DNA from: Gemmatimonadota bacterium
Lineage (GTDB): Bacteria > Gemmatimonadota > Gemmatimonadetes > Gemmatimonadales > GWC2-71-9
Assembly: GCA_036679605.1 (NCBI GenBank)
Contig: JAZDCZ010000102.1
Coordinates: forward strand, 1 to 64,000
Length of the DNA: 64,000 nt
Direction of reading: 5' to 3'
Below the pieces are notes generated by a model. It was not told the origin of the DNA. It saw only the letters and a program-made list of their open reading frames with translations, and did not search any database. Below are positions 19,301-29,923 of this stretch, piece by piece. How positions within the stretch are numbered: the first letter of the stretch is position 1; each line of letters begins with the position of its first letter. Position numbers and translations under genes: made by a program.

Positions 19301-19801
19301 CTACTGACGCATGGCTAGTCGGCGGTCCACCATCAACATGGCAGACCCGTTATCACCCACTAGATCGAGCTGCGCTATGATATCGCCAACCGACTTCTCC
19401 TCCTCAGCCTGCTCTGTTATGAACCACTGCAGAACGAGCTGAGAAGGGTAGTCTTTTTCCTGCATGGCGAGTTCATAAAGTTCGTTGATGGATGCCGTAA
19501 TGCTCCGCTCGTGTCTCAATGTCTCAGCCATGGCAGCAGACGCGCTGCCGAAATCACTGGGCGGCTGGTCTAGCGCCTTGAGTTCGACTTTACCGCCATT
19601 GTCCGCCATGAAGTTAAATAGCTTCATGGCATGCTCCAGTTCTTCACGGTACTGGGCCCTCATCCAGTGAGCAAATCCAGATAGATTCTGCGCCTCGAAA
19701 TAAGCCGCCATCGACAAATAGAGGTAGGCTGACTCGAACTCTCTGGCTATCTGATCATTCAAGGCACTCTCAACGGCCTTAGTTGGCATTCTTGTCTCCA
19801 T
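19301..19801 (-). CDS. ftnA: non-heme ferritin
   Basis: YLYLSMAAYF, EELEHAMK, HERSIT, LQWFITEQAEEE ferroxidase residues. Confidence 0.9.
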   Translation of the reverse strand: METRMPTKAVESALNDQIAREFESAYLYLSMAAYFEAQNLSGFAHWMRAQYREELEHAMKLFNFMADNGGKVELKALDQPPSDFGSASAAMAETLRHERSITASINELYELAMQEKDYPSQLVLQWFITEQAEEEKSVGDIIAQLDLVGDNGSAMLMVDRRLAMRQ

Positions 19802-19889
19802 TGAACGGGTTGAGCGATACCGCTAAGGATATATCGCGTTGCCTTCGTCTCCAGTCAATCCTTCAGTGAGAACAACGCCCCCTGGGTCG

Positions 19890-21299
19890 TCACCCAGAGA
19901 CCTTCCCAAACAGGTTGTTCAAAGATTCGGCAAGGGTCGGATGGGCGAAGACAGCTTCGCGCAACACCGTGTACGGCAGCTTCCCCATCATCGCGATTTG
20001 GATCATTGACATGACCTCTCCGCCTTCTATACCAAGAATTGCCGCGCCGAGTATTTGTTCAGAATCGAGATCCACGACCACCTTCATCAGTCCCCTGCTC
20101 TCGTCCATCTCCAAAGCCCTGGCGACGTGAGCCATGGGCATCTTTGCAACTCCGACGTTGAATCCCTGAGATCGAGCTTCTTCCTCTCTCAGACCAACTC
20201 GACCCAACTGAGGATCGATGAAAACTGTATATGGGACAAGTCGACCATTGGTGGTACGATCTGCGTCTTCCAGCAGATTATCTCTCAAGATTCGATAATC
20301 GTCGTAGGCGATGTGCGTGAAGGCCGGGCCGCCTTTCACGTCTCCCAAAGCATAGATGCCGCGTACTACCGTCTCAAGTTTCTCATTGACCACGATAAAG
20401 CCACGGTCATCGGTAGTTATGCCAGCGGCGTCGAGGTTGAGCTGATCGCTATTGGGAACGCGACCCGCAGCCACCAACAAATGAGATCCTTCTATTTCCT
20501 GCCCGCCCCCCGAAGTCCCCAGCGTGAGCGCAATCGCTCCGTCTCCGCCGCTCACTCGCTGCGGTTCAGACCCCACAAGAATGTTGACACCATCTTCAAG
20601 AAGAATCTCCCTGACGGCCCCGCAGATGTCGGGGTCTTCGCGGGGCAACAGACGGTCGGAGAGTTCCACAATGGTCACGTCGCTGCCGAACCGACGAAAC
20701 ATCTGGCCGAATTCGAGTCCGATGTATCCGCCCCCCAGGACCAGCAGGTGGTCCGGAACCACGTCGAGTTCCATTATGGAGGTGGAATCAAGATACGGAA
20801 CCGCATCAAGTCCCTCCAGGCTTGGAATCCTGGGTCTGGCGCCAGTGTTTATGAAAACCCTTTCCGACCGCAGTTCCCTCGTACCACCTTCTAGCAGCTT
20901 CACCGTCACGCTGTTCGGGCCCGAGAAGCTCGCCTCACCCATGACAAGGTCCAGTGAGTCCCACTTCTCCAGCCCCTTGCGGCTCCCACTGCTGAAACTG
21001 TTGACGATATCCCTCTTGCGCTGCCTTACCACCGTCTGATCAACGACAGCTTGTCCAGCGGATACTCCGTAGTCAGCGGCTCGTCTCGCCAGATAAGCCA
21101 CACGAGCGCTTGCCACCATCGTCTTGGTGGGTGTACAGCCCACATTAATGCAGCTTCCGCCGACATGCTCTCTCTCGATGATTGCCGTCCGCCAGCCCTC
21201 GCCCGCGATCTTGCCGGCCAGCGGCCCTCCGCCCTGACCCGTCCCTATGACAATGGCATCATACGGCTCTGCATTCACGACTTGAGTCCTTCCACTCAA
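19890..21299 (-). CDS. pyridine nucleotide-disulfide oxidoreductase, RclA/YkgC-like
   Basis: [40 protein letters not shown]. No MerA C-terminal Cys pair. Confidence 0.8.
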   Translation of the reverse strand: MSGRTQVVNAEPYDAIVIGTGQGGGPLAGKIAGEGWRTAIIEREHVGGSCINVGCTPTKTMVASARVAYLARRAADYGVSAGQAVVDQTVVRQRKRDIVNSFSSGSRKGLEKWDSLDLVMGEASFSGPNSVTVKLLEGGTRELRSERVFINTGARPRIPSLEGLDAVPYLDSTSIMELDVVPDHLLVLGGGYIGLEFGQMFRRFGSDVTIVELSDRLLPREDPDICGAVREILLEDGVNILVGSEPQRVSGGDGAIALTLGTSGGGQEIEGSHLLVAAGRVPNSDQLNLDAAGITTDDRGFIVVNEKLETVVRGIYALGDVKGGPAFTHIAYDDYRILRDNLLEDADRTTNGRLVPYTVFIDPQLGRVGLREEEARSQGFNVGVAKMPMAHVARALEMDESRGLMKVVVDLDSEQILGAAILGIEGGEVMSMIQIAMMGKLPYTVLREAVFAHPTLAESLNNLFGKVSG

Positions 21300-21453
21300 A
21301 ACCCAGAAGCCCTACCAATCTTGGCGACGGCAATTGTACCGCTCTGCCTCCGGTTTCACAACTTGCGCCCGTGATCCGCCCTCGCACTTGTAAAAAGCGA
21401 GAAGAAATGTGAACTTTCGTCAGCAAACCAGCGGTCCTACAGGAGGAATCTCA

Positions 21454-23028
21454 GTGGCCAAGCTCCGTATTGGCATAGTTGACCTAGTGACAAAGAGCCC
21501 TACCCGAAGTCTGTATGCGCGCGTAATGCATGCGAACCTCGCAAGCATAATGCCCCAAATAGTTGGAGTCTGGTGCGAACAAGAAGGCCATGACGTTACG
21601 TCGGTATGTTACACGGGCCTTGAGGACCTCATGCAAGAGCTTCCGCCCGACGTCGACATGGTGTTCATTTGCGCGTTCTCGCAGGGTGCGCAACTTGCCT
21701 ATGCTATAAGCAACTATTACCGGTCAAAAGGCGCCGTCACGGTGTTGGGCGGTCCACACGCCCGGTGCTACCCGGAAGACGCTCAGAACTACTTCGATTA
21801 CGTTTTCGGCTTCACCGACCAAGACGCGGTTCGGGGAGTGCTCGACGATTGCTCACAACACCGGCCCGTTGGCGTGCGGATCGACGCGCCCCGACATCCG
21901 GCGCAATTGCCGGGAGTCCGCGAACGTTGGAAGTTCATCGAACAAACACTCAAGAAGGCTCCGTTCTTCAAGATCGTCCCGATGATCGGCAGCCTCGGCT
22001 GCCCTTACACGTGCAGCTTCTGTATCGACTCGGTCGTTCCCTATCAACCGCTGGATTTCGATACGATCAAAGAGGATCTCAGATTCCTCCGGAAAACTCT
22101 TAGAAGACCGCATGTCGGCTGGCACGACCCCAACTTCGGGGTCCGGTTCGACGATTATATGGATGCAATCGAGGAATCGGCACCACCCGGCAGTATCGAT
22201 TTCTTGGCAGAGAGCAGCCTGTCCCTCCTATCGGAAGCCCACCTCAAGAGACTCAAGAAGAACGGGTTCAAGGTGCTCCTCCCAGGCGTCGAGTCATGGT
22301 ACGACCTCGGCAACAAGTCCAAGACTGGCAAGAGTAGCGGGATTGACAAGGTTAGGCAGGTGTCCGAACACGTAAATCTCATGCTCGAGTACATCCCGTA
22401 CGTCCAAACCAATTTCGTACTTGGTCTCGACGTCGATAAAGGAGACGAGCCTTTCGAGCTAACAAAGCAGTTCGTCGATATGACCCCTGGAGCGTTTCCC
22501 GGCTACTCGTTGCTATCCGCTTTCGGTCGAGCCGCACCGCTAAATCTGGACTACCAGCGCAAAGGGCGCGTACTGGGCTTCCCGTTTCACTTTCTCAATA
22601 ACAACCACGCGATGAACGTCAAGCCACTGAACTACTCATGGCCTGAGTTTTACGACCGCGTCATTGATCTGACCAAACACACCTTCTCCTGGCGCTCGAT
22701 CTTTCGACGATACCGAGCAATAGATGCGACCATACCAAGATGGATGAACGTGGTCCGGGCAGTATCGTCGGAGGGATTCGGAAGGATCGCCTACTATTCA
22801 GAGATCCGTAGACGACTCGATAGCGACCTGCCGCTAAGGCGCTATTTTGAGGGCGAGACATCTGAACTGCCCCAGTTCTTCATCGATCGGGTCAGGAAGG
22901 ATCTCGGCCCGCTTTGGGATTGGTTGCCGACCGGAGCACTGTACCACGACCCGAACGCCTATCTCAAGTCGGAGGGGACAGACGAACTGGTGCAAGTGGC
23001 AGTCGCGGGAGCCGGACCAACCCGCTGA
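21454..23028 (+). CDS. cobalamin-binding-domain radical SAM protein
   Basis: VLGGPH B12-domain motif, CPYTCSFC [4Fe-4S] motif; AGGAGG RBS before GTG. Confidence 0.82.
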   Translation: MAKLRIGIVDLVTKSPTRSLYARVMHANLASIMPQIVGVWCEQEGHDVTSVCYTGLEDLMQELPPDVDMVFICAFSQGAQLAYAISNYYRSKGAVTVLGGPHARCYPEDAQNYFDYVFGFTDQDAVRGVLDDCSQHRPVGVRIDAPRHPAQLPGVRERWKFIEQTLKKAPFFKIVPMIGSLGCPYTCSFCIDSVVPYQPLDFDTIKEDLRFLRKTLRRPHVGWHDPNFGVRFDDYMDAIEESAPPGSIDFLAESSLSLLSEAHLKRLKKNGFKVLLPGVESWYDLGNKSKTGKSSGIDKVRQVSEHVNLMLEYIPYVQTNFVLGLDVDKGDEPFELTKQFVDMTPGAFPGYSLLSAFGRAAPLNLDYQRKGRVLGFPFHFLNNNHAMNVKPLNYSWPEFYDRVIDLTKHTFSWRSIFRRYRAIDATIPRWMNVVRAVSSEGFGRIAYYSEIRRRLDSDLPLRRYFEGETSELPQFFIDRVRKDLGPLWDWLPTGALYHDPNAYLKSEGTDELVQVAVAGAGPTR

Positions 23029-23051
23029 CGAGATGCGGTCGTTCGATGATC

Positions 23052-23092
23052 AAGAACGCCCCCATGGAAATCTGCTTCCTGGGGGCGTTCTT
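23052..23092. terminator. hairpin between convergent genes (likely bidirectional terminator)
   Basis: AAGAACGCCCCCA...TGGGGGCGTTCTT inverted repeat. Confidence 0.65.
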
Positions 23093-23120
23093 CTGCTGAC
23101 ATCATGAGCTGCTAACCAGC

Positions 23121-23753
23121 CTATTTGGGCTGAGCAACCACCCTGAGATAGGGCTTGAGTTCCTTCCATCCACCAGGAAACTTTTCCTTAGCCGCATCAT
23201 TTGACACCGCAGGAACGATGATTACATCGTCCCCGTCATTCCAGTTTACGGGTGTAGCCACCTGGTGCTTCGCCGTTAGCTGCAGTGAATCTACTATCCG
23301 CAGGATCTCCTGGAAATTGCGTCCTGTACTGGCCGGATAGGTAATAGTCAACTTGACTCTCTTGTCGGGGCCGATCACGAACACCGATCTCACCGTGGAC
23401 GTATCGTCGGCGTTGGGGTGTATCATGTCATAAAGGTTTGCGACCTCCCGCCCCGCATCGCCGATCAAAGGAAAATTAAGAGCGTGTCCTTGCGTTTCTT
23501 CGATATCTAATGCCCATTTCTTATGATCTTCTACTGAGTCCACGCTCACGCCCATCACCTTCACTCGCCGTTTCTCAAATTCAGATTTCAGTCGAGCTAC
23601 CTCACCGAGTTCTGTGGTGCAGACAGGCGTAAAATCCTTGGGATGAGAAAAAAGTATGGCCCACCCATCTTCCATCCACTCATGGAACTTGATCTGCCCC
23701 TCCGTAGTATCTGCCGTAAAATCTGGAGCGGTGTCACCCAAACGAATCGCCAT
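23121..23753 (-). CDS. 1-Cys peroxiredoxin (Prx6 family)
   Basis: FSHPKDFTPVCTTE, YPASTGRNF, ATPVNW. Confidence 0.92.
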   Translation of the reverse strand: MAIRLGDTAPDFTADTTEGQIKFHEWMEDGWAILFSHPKDFTPVCTTELGEVARLKSEFEKRRVKVMGVSVDSVEDHKKWALDIEETQGHALNFPLIGDAGREVANLYDMIHPNADDTSTVRSVFVIGPDKRVKLTITYPASTGRNFQEILRIVDSLQLTAKHQVATPVNWNDGDDVIIVPAVSNDAAKEKFPGGWKELKPYLRVVAQPK

Positions 23754-23838
23754 CGTACAACCTCCTCAATGCAACCGGTGGTAAGTTCTCCATTATGAAC
23801 GTCGGGCGGATATATTCTCCCAACCCGATTCTGTCAAG

Positions 23839-26655
23839 TTAGTTCCCGCCCCTTGCACCTCCCGCGACTGTGGTTGCATCGTCCTCGGTTCGCGCGGGCC
23901 AGCCCGAACGTAGATCGTTCCAGTTGAGGATCGTGTTAAACACCAGAGCGTGACTTCCGAACGTCTCCTGCCGCCAGAACGGGCGGATAGCAAACAACAC
24001 AACGTGTCCATCACCAACTGGAACATCTACCACTGCCGGCGTGCCAGCAACATCTTTTTCGCCCTGCAACATTCCGCTCATCAGCACGTCTTTCTTGGCA
24101 AACCTCAGAATCACCCTCGGCACCTCTTTCTCCCACCTATCGTCCTTCAGCCACTCCGGAGTAGTAGTGCCACCGACGTTCTTATTGACCTGGAAGACAG
24201 GTCTCTGGTTGAACGATGTCGCCAGTGCAGCTCCATAACCGTATGCTATTGGACTCGCGGGATCGTCCACTGTCGCCTTCAATACGGTACCACGGGCCAG
24301 TAGCTGTCTCGTGCTCTTGATACTCACGCGCCGAGTGATTGCCATCTGGATGGGTAATGCCGCCGACCCGCCCTCAGCTATCAGCACGCCGCCACGCCGG
24401 ACGAATTCAGCAAGATGTTTGACACCGTCATAGCCCATTCCCCTCCGAACATCGTTGGTCTGATCGATTTTTCCGATAGCACTGTATTCCGCCGATTGCT
24501 GCCAAGGTATCGGGACTCCGGCATCGGTCGTACCTCCCACCAATTGCTGCGGCGTTGACCTACTGTGTGGCAATATCACCACGTCGAAGTCAGAAAGATT
24601 GTCACCCGCCAAATCCTGTTCCGACAAGTACGCGAACGGGATCTCCAGACGATCGAAGGCAAGCCTCCACCATCCCGCTGACTGCGGTGTCGAGACCCAC
24701 GTATGCACCAGCGCTACGCGAGGCACGTCCAGTTCGTGCATCGCCACGTTAGGACGCTGTTTCACTCCCTGCGCCACGAGTCCCAGATCGGCCATAGCAG
24801 TTTCCAACTGCTGAGGGAGGTCATCAGGGTTACCAGCTGCCGGTATCACCAGGCTGCCGGCATTGTAGTCGTGACCGTCAACCTTGAAACTCTCCTCCGC
24901 TGCAAACATCTCGACGCTACTCAGCTTGAAACGAAAGACTGTGACGTTGTCGTCGGTGGTGTTGTTCACAAGGTAGAAGGCACGCCCACTATGCTCGACC
25001 TTGCCCGCAACTTGCACCGGCTCGGCAAGCTGGTGCATCCTTGCCGATAAGATCTTGCTGTCATCGACCTGCACCGCCTCAACATTATGGAGAAACGGTA
25101 GCGTCCAACCAGTGTCGTCGTACGGTGGAGTCGCATCTTTAGGAAAGTTCTGCTTGGCTAACAGGATTTGAACAAGGTTGCGATACGGCTGGTCCATTCT
25201 GACTACGAACGATCCCTTGGATACGATCCCCGATGCGCTCTCTTTTGAATCATCACCCCATTCGATCTTCTCGTCTGCCACATGGACCTCGATCCCCTGC
25301 TGCAGCAGCAAATTCACTAGGTTGGTAGCTGCAAGATTCCTCTCCTGACCATCTGGAATCACCCACGCATAAGGCGCTTCGGAGCTGCCGCGCTCAACTG
25401 CTCTCTGCCCACGAAGATAGAAGTTCTCGATGAAATCTGTCGCGTTATCGGCAACGTATTTTAGACCCACCAATACACCAGTTTGCATGTAGTTCGTGTT
25501 GTTGCGAAGGGACCACCGCGCCTTCGCCAACGGGGGGTTCGGGCGATACCATTCGCGGGACGTCGACCGGCTGTTGAATTCCCGCTCCTGGGTATCCGCA
25601 CCTCTATTGCCCAGAGTCTCGTAGAATCTTCCAAGGCTGTTCCGCGTGTTCGCAATCCACATGAGGTAATTGGCAGCCCATCCAGTGTAGAAGGCGTGGG
25701 TCCAGACACCTGGCATCCCGAACTTGGTTAGCTGCGTAACCTCTTCGTGTGCCAGATTATGCCACTCGTCGATCGCTAGAGCGTCCACATGCTCGTTGTA
25801 TGGTCCTGAGCCTGTCGAGATGTAGAGGAAATTGCCGGATTCGTGGAGATCGTGCATCACGGTAGGCTTCCAGTGTAGATAGGACTGGAGAATGTTTCTG
25901 GTTAGGGCCAGCCCCAAGCCATATCCATCACGGTTGTTATCGTGTGCAACATATTTGCCCCAGTATGGCAGACCGGGTCCTACATCTCGATGCGCCTTGC
26001 CGTAGTTGTAACTGTCAACCATTCGATCTCTACCGTCCGGTTCGGCAACCGGCACGATGATCGTAATGACATTGTCCCTGATAGTTCGGACAAACGGCGA
26101 CTCCTCGACCGCTAACCGGTAAGCGAGTTCCATCAACATCTCCGGGGGGCCCGTCTCGGGCGAGTGCAATCCGCCCGTAAAATAGTAGATGGGTTTCGCT
26201 TCGGCGATCGCAGACCTTGCGTCGGTATCGGACAATCTCCGCGGGTCGGCAAGAAGATTGAGATACCCACGGTATCTATCCAAATCCGAAACCGTTGCTC
26301 GGTCGGCCACGATCACTTCGATCATGTCTCGGTTCTCTTCGGTCTTGCCGATAGTACGTACCGTCACACGCGCGGACGCACTCGCCAGCGCTCGCATGTA
26401 ACCGTAGATCTCCGACGTATTGTGAAGGATATCGGGCGCACCGATAATGGTTCCGAAATGATCGAGTGGAGAAGGAATTGCTTCTGACTGCGGCAGGTGA
26501 TCAACCAACTCGCTCACGAACCGCGAGTCGGTCGTATATTTGGCGATTCTCGCCCCATAGGCACTGTCATTCTGTTGCGCCAAGGCACGTGCGGGAGTCA
26601 GAGTAGCGGGAAGGGCAATCACTGTGAGGAGGGAAAACAACGCTCGACAACCCAT
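23839..26655 (-). CDS. secreted M14-family zinc carboxypeptidase
   Basis: GGLHSPE, EPDG, HDNNRD, HDLHE; signal peptide. Confidence 0.85.
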   Translation of the reverse strand: MGCRALFSLLTVIALPATLTPARALAQQNDSAYGARIAKYTTDSRFVSELVDHLPQSEAIPSPLDHFGTIIGAPDILHNTSEIYGYMRALASASARVTVRTIGKTEENRDMIEVIVADRATVSDLDRYRGYLNLLADPRRLSDTDARSAIAEAKPIYYFTGGLHSPETGPPEMLMELAYRLAVEESPFVRTIRDNVITIIVPVAEPDGRDRMVDSYNYGKAHRDVGPGLPYWGKYVAHDNNRDGYGLGLALTRNILQSYLHWKPTVMHDLHESGNFLYISTGSGPYNEHVDALAIDEWHNLAHEEVTQLTKFGMPGVWTHAFYTGWAANYLMWIANTRNSLGRFYETLGNRGADTQEREFNSRSTSREWYRPNPPLAKARWSLRNNTNYMQTGVLVGLKYVADNATDFIENFYLRGQRAVERGSSEAPYAWVIPDGQERNLAATNLVNLLLQQGIEVHVADEKIEWGDDSKESASGIVSKGSFVVRMDQPYRNLVQILLAKQNFPKDATPPYDDTGWTLPFLHNVEAVQVDDSKILSARMHQLAEPVQVAGKVEHSGRAFYLVNNTTDDNVTVFRFKLSSVEMFAAEESFKVDGHDYNAGSLVIPAAGNPDDLPQQLETAMADLGLVAQGVKQRPNVAMHELDVPRVALVHTWVSTPQSAGWWRLAFDRLEIPFAYLSEQDLAGDNLSDFDVVILPHSRSTPQQLVGGTTDAGVPIPWQQSAEYSAIGKIDQTNDVRRGMGYDGVKHLAEFVRRGGVLIAEGGSAALPIQMAITRRVSIKSTRQLLARGTVLKATVDDPASPIAYGYGAALATSFNQRPVFQVNKNVGGTTTPEWLKDDRWEKEVPRVILRFAKKDVLMSGMLQGEKDVAGTPAVVDVPVGDGHVVLFAIRPFWRQETFGSHALVFNTILNWNDLRSGWPARTEDDATTVAGGARGGN

Positions 26656-26788
26656 CAGATCCTCCGTTGAATAGTGTCTTAGATAGGCCGTAATCTACCC
26701 GGAGACGCCTCCTGCGATAGAGAGCGGTGCTACCGCCCGAGTAAGAAACAGGATACCTTGGGCCGCAAACTCAAAGAGGATATATGGA

Positions 26789-29700
26789 ATGATGCACCAG
26801 GCTCGCAGCGCGGTCCACTTGGCCACCAGTGTAACGCTGATGCTACTGGCAACCCCAGCCACCACGCTAGGCCAGAGTATGGAGCGGGTAACAACTGGTC
26901 TCGAATTCCGTAATATCGGACCTGCCGCCATGAGCGGACGGATCGTTGATATTGAAGTCCTCGAATCCAATCCACACCACATCTTCATCGCGGCAGCCAC
27001 CGGCGGCGTGTGGGAAACTACGAATAACGGAGTAACCTGGTCCCCCATTTTCAAGGATGAGGGTACTCACTCCGTCGGCGACATCGCCGTACATCAGGCT
27101 GATACCAACATCATCTGGGTCGGTACTGGTGAGAGGGCCAACAGACAAAGCTCGTCCTGGGGTGATGGAGTCTACAAGTCCACTGATGGCGGAAGGTCGT
27201 GGACCAATATGGGCCTCCACGACAGCCACCACATCGGCCGGATCGTCCTCCACCCCACTGACCCGAACACCATATACGTAGCGGCTCTCGGACACCTGTG
27301 GGGACCAAACGAGGAGCGCGGTCTCTACATGAGTGAGGACGGTGGGAACACGTGGACCAGACCACTTTTCGTCGATCAGAATACTGGCGTTGTTGACGTA
27401 GCCATGGATCCGTCTGACCCGGCCGTCATGTACGCTGCTACCTATCAGCGTCGTCGGCGTCCTTACGGATTCGACGGCGGAGGACCCGGAAGCGGACTCC
27501 ATAAGTCAACGGACGGTGGCCGGACATGGAGGAAACTCACGGCAGGTCTGCCCGAAGGTGAAACGGGCAGGATTGGAATCTCGATCTATCGCTCGGATCC
27601 ACGGATAGTCTACGTATCGGTGGAGCAAGGTTTTCACTACAACGCCTCGACAGCGTACAACGAGCGCCGCGCCGGCATATATCGCTCCGACAACAAGGGT
27701 GAGACATGGCAATACATGAGCGACTGGAACCCGCGACCGATGTACGCGTCTCAGCCCGCCGTAGATCCGAACAACGATCAACGCATCTACATGATGAACT
27801 CGTTCAGCTACTCCGACGACGGGGGCAAGACATTTGAACGTGCTCGGCAATCGCTGCACAGCGACGATCGATTTCTCTGGGTGAATCCCGCAGACTCTCG
27901 AAACCTGATCAAGGCCGATGATGGGGGACTCGGAATCTCGTACGACAAGGGCGTTACGTGGCTCTACATGACCAACTTACCGGTGAGCCAGTATTATCGG
28001 GTTGCGGTAGACATGCGAAAGCCGTACTGGGTTTATGGAGGACTGCAGGACAATGGAAGTTGGATGGGCCCAAGTGCGACATACCGCAGCGAGGGGATTC
28101 TGTTCGAGGACTGGATCAAGACGGGAGGTGGAGATGGGTTTGTGAATCTGATTGACACCACGGACAACCTCACACTATACACGGAATCTCAATACCTAGG
28201 ACTGTCCAGAGTGCATCTTGCCAGCGGATCCCGTACGTGGATTCGCCCAGACAATGCCCGGGGGGCGATCTCACCCCGCAGAAATTGGGACGCGTGGGGA
28301 CCCGGCGTCCCGGAGCCGGAACTCGCCAACGCCATGGCACCGGCGAACTGGGACGGCCCATTTATCATCTCACCGCACGATCACGAGACTATCTATGCGG
28401 GCACCAACCAGCTGTGGAAGAGCACGGACCGGGGCGACACATGGGGCTCGCTGGGAGATCTCACAACCGGTGTCAATCGTCGAGAACTCGAGGTCATGGG
28501 GCGAAGAGCACACGACTCGACGTTGTCGTTGGACGATGGCATTCCCTATTACCCAACCCTAACCGCAGTCGCGGAATCGCCTTTGCAACAAGGATTGCTG
28601 TTCGTCGGCACAGACGATGGCAACCTCCAGATCTCATCAAACGGCGGGCGAGATTGGACGAATGTCGTAGGTCGCCTCCCTGCCCTCCCCCCGTCGCCGC
28701 GGATCTCCGGCATTGAACCGTCACGCCACAACGTGGGGACTGTGTACGTAACCGTTAGCAACTACCGCAACGATGATTTTGGGAACTACGTGTACAAGTC
28801 GACCGATTCCGGCAAGAGCTGGCGATCGATCGTTGGAGATCTACCTGCCAACAGGGTAGCCAGAACGATTCGTGAGGATCTCAGGCAGCCCGGCGTTCTC
28901 TATCTCGGCACAGAGCTGGGTCTGTTCTACACCGCAGACGACGGAGAGCACTGGAGCGGGCTCGGGGGCAATTTGCCGACAGTGGCGGTAAACGACTTGG
29001 TGATCCATCCACGGGATAACGACTTGATCCTAGGCACCCATGGACGCGGAATCTGGATTTTGGACAACATCAACTCTCTTCAGGAGTTGACTCAACAGGT
29101 GCTCGCGTCCGAAGCCCATCTGTTTACGATCGAATCGGTTGAGATGATCCGGTATTCAAGAGAGGGGGGTCACAGGGGAGACATGATTTTCCGCGGGGCC
29201 AACCCAGCTCGCGGTGCAATAATTGACTATTACCTCGAGAGCAGCCTCGATTCTGCGGACGCCATCACATTGGCAGTCTATGATTCGGACGGCCGTAAAA
29301 TTACTCAGCTGAACCCGCATCGAGACACCGGAATAAACCGTGTCATCTGGGACCTACACCACTCTAGACTCGGACCTTCTGATGTAGGGTCCGGGCCACC
29401 AGGACCAGCCGGACCGTGGGTACTGCCCGGATCGTATACCGTGATACTCACTCTAGGCGAGCAGCGACTCGAGCAAACCCTGGACATACATGAGGATCCC
29501 CGCATTGACGTGACGGACGCGGTTCGCCGAGAATGGCACACAACTGTTCAAGAGCTGGCCGAAACGATCGAAGGCAATATGGCTACCGTCGACGCCGTAT
29601 CCAGATCCAAGGCGCTACTAGACAGCCTGACGGATGCGTCATCGCAGGATCGTGCTCGGTCTGCCGAGATTGAGGAGATCCTACCTTTGATCACAGAGCT

Positions 29701-29857
29701 GCGCAGTCGCCTACAGCGCCTGTACGGACAGATCGGAAACTGGCCCGCTCCCCTCACAGCCGATCAGCGCTCTCAAATCAAATACCTCCGCAGCTGGATC
29801 ACTCGGCTAGCTCCTCGTGTTGAGAACATTCTCAACACCAACAATCGGCTTAAATGA
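26789..29857 (+). CDS. secreted VPS10/BNR-repeat beta-propeller protein (putative glycosyl hydrolase)
   Basis: RNIGPAAMSGRI, many SxDGGxTW Asp-boxes, GGLQDNG, GTHGRG. Confidence 0.85.
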   Translation: MMHQARSAVHLATSVTLMLLATPATTLGQSMERVTTGLEFRNIGPAAMSGRIVDIEVLESNPHHIFIAAATGGVWETTNNGVTWSPIFKDEGTHSVGDIAVHQADTNIIWVGTGERANRQSSSWGDGVYKSTDGGRSWTNMGLHDSHHIGRIVLHPTDPNTIYVAALGHLWGPNEERGLYMSEDGGNTWTRPLFVDQNTGVVDVAMDPSDPAVMYAATYQRRRRPYGFDGGGPGSGLHKSTDGGRTWRKLTAGLPEGETGRIGISIYRSDPRIVYVSVEQGFHYNASTAYNERRAGIYRSDNKGETWQYMSDWNPRPMYASQPAVDPNNDQRIYMMNSFSYSDDGGKTFERARQSLHSDDRFLWVNPADSRNLIKADDGGLGISYDKGVTWLYMTNLPVSQYYRVAVDMRKPYWVYGGLQDNGSWMGPSATYRSEGILFEDWIKTGGGDGFVNLIDTTDNLTLYTESQYLGLSRVHLASGSRTWIRPDNARGAISPRRNWDAWGPGVPEPELANAMAPANWDGPFIISPHDHETIYAGTNQLWKSTDRGDTWGSLGDLTTGVNRRELEVMGRRAHDSTLSLDDGIPYYPTLTAVAESPLQQGLLFVGTDDGNLQISSNGGRDWTNVVGRLPALPPSPRISGIEPSRHNVGTVYVTVSNYRNDDFGNYVYKSTDSGKSWRSIVGDLPANRVARTIREDLRQPGVLYLGTELGLFYTADDGEHWSGLGGNLPTVAVNDLVIHPRDNDLILGTHGRGIWILDNINSLQELTQQVLASEAHLFTIESVEMIRYSREGGHRGDMIFRGANPARGAIIDYYLESSLDSADAITLAVYDSDGRKITQLNPHRDTGINRVIWDLHHSRLGPSDVGSGPPGPAGPWVLPGSYTVILTLGEQRLEQTLDIHEDPRIDVTDAVRREWHTTVQELAETIEGNMATVDAVSRSKALLDSLTDASSQDRARSAEIEEILPLITELRSRLQRLYGQIGNWPAPLTADQRSQIKYLRSWITRLAPRVENILNTNNRLK

Positions 29858-29923
29858 CAATGCACCCAGATGTGGTTAGTTTCTGTCTTGCTCGATACCC
29901 AGTCTTTGGCAAACAGGAGAGTC

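Noticed and set aside
19890..21299. Mercuric reductase merA
   Set aside because: No C-terminal Cys-Cys, no NmerA domain, no mer operon
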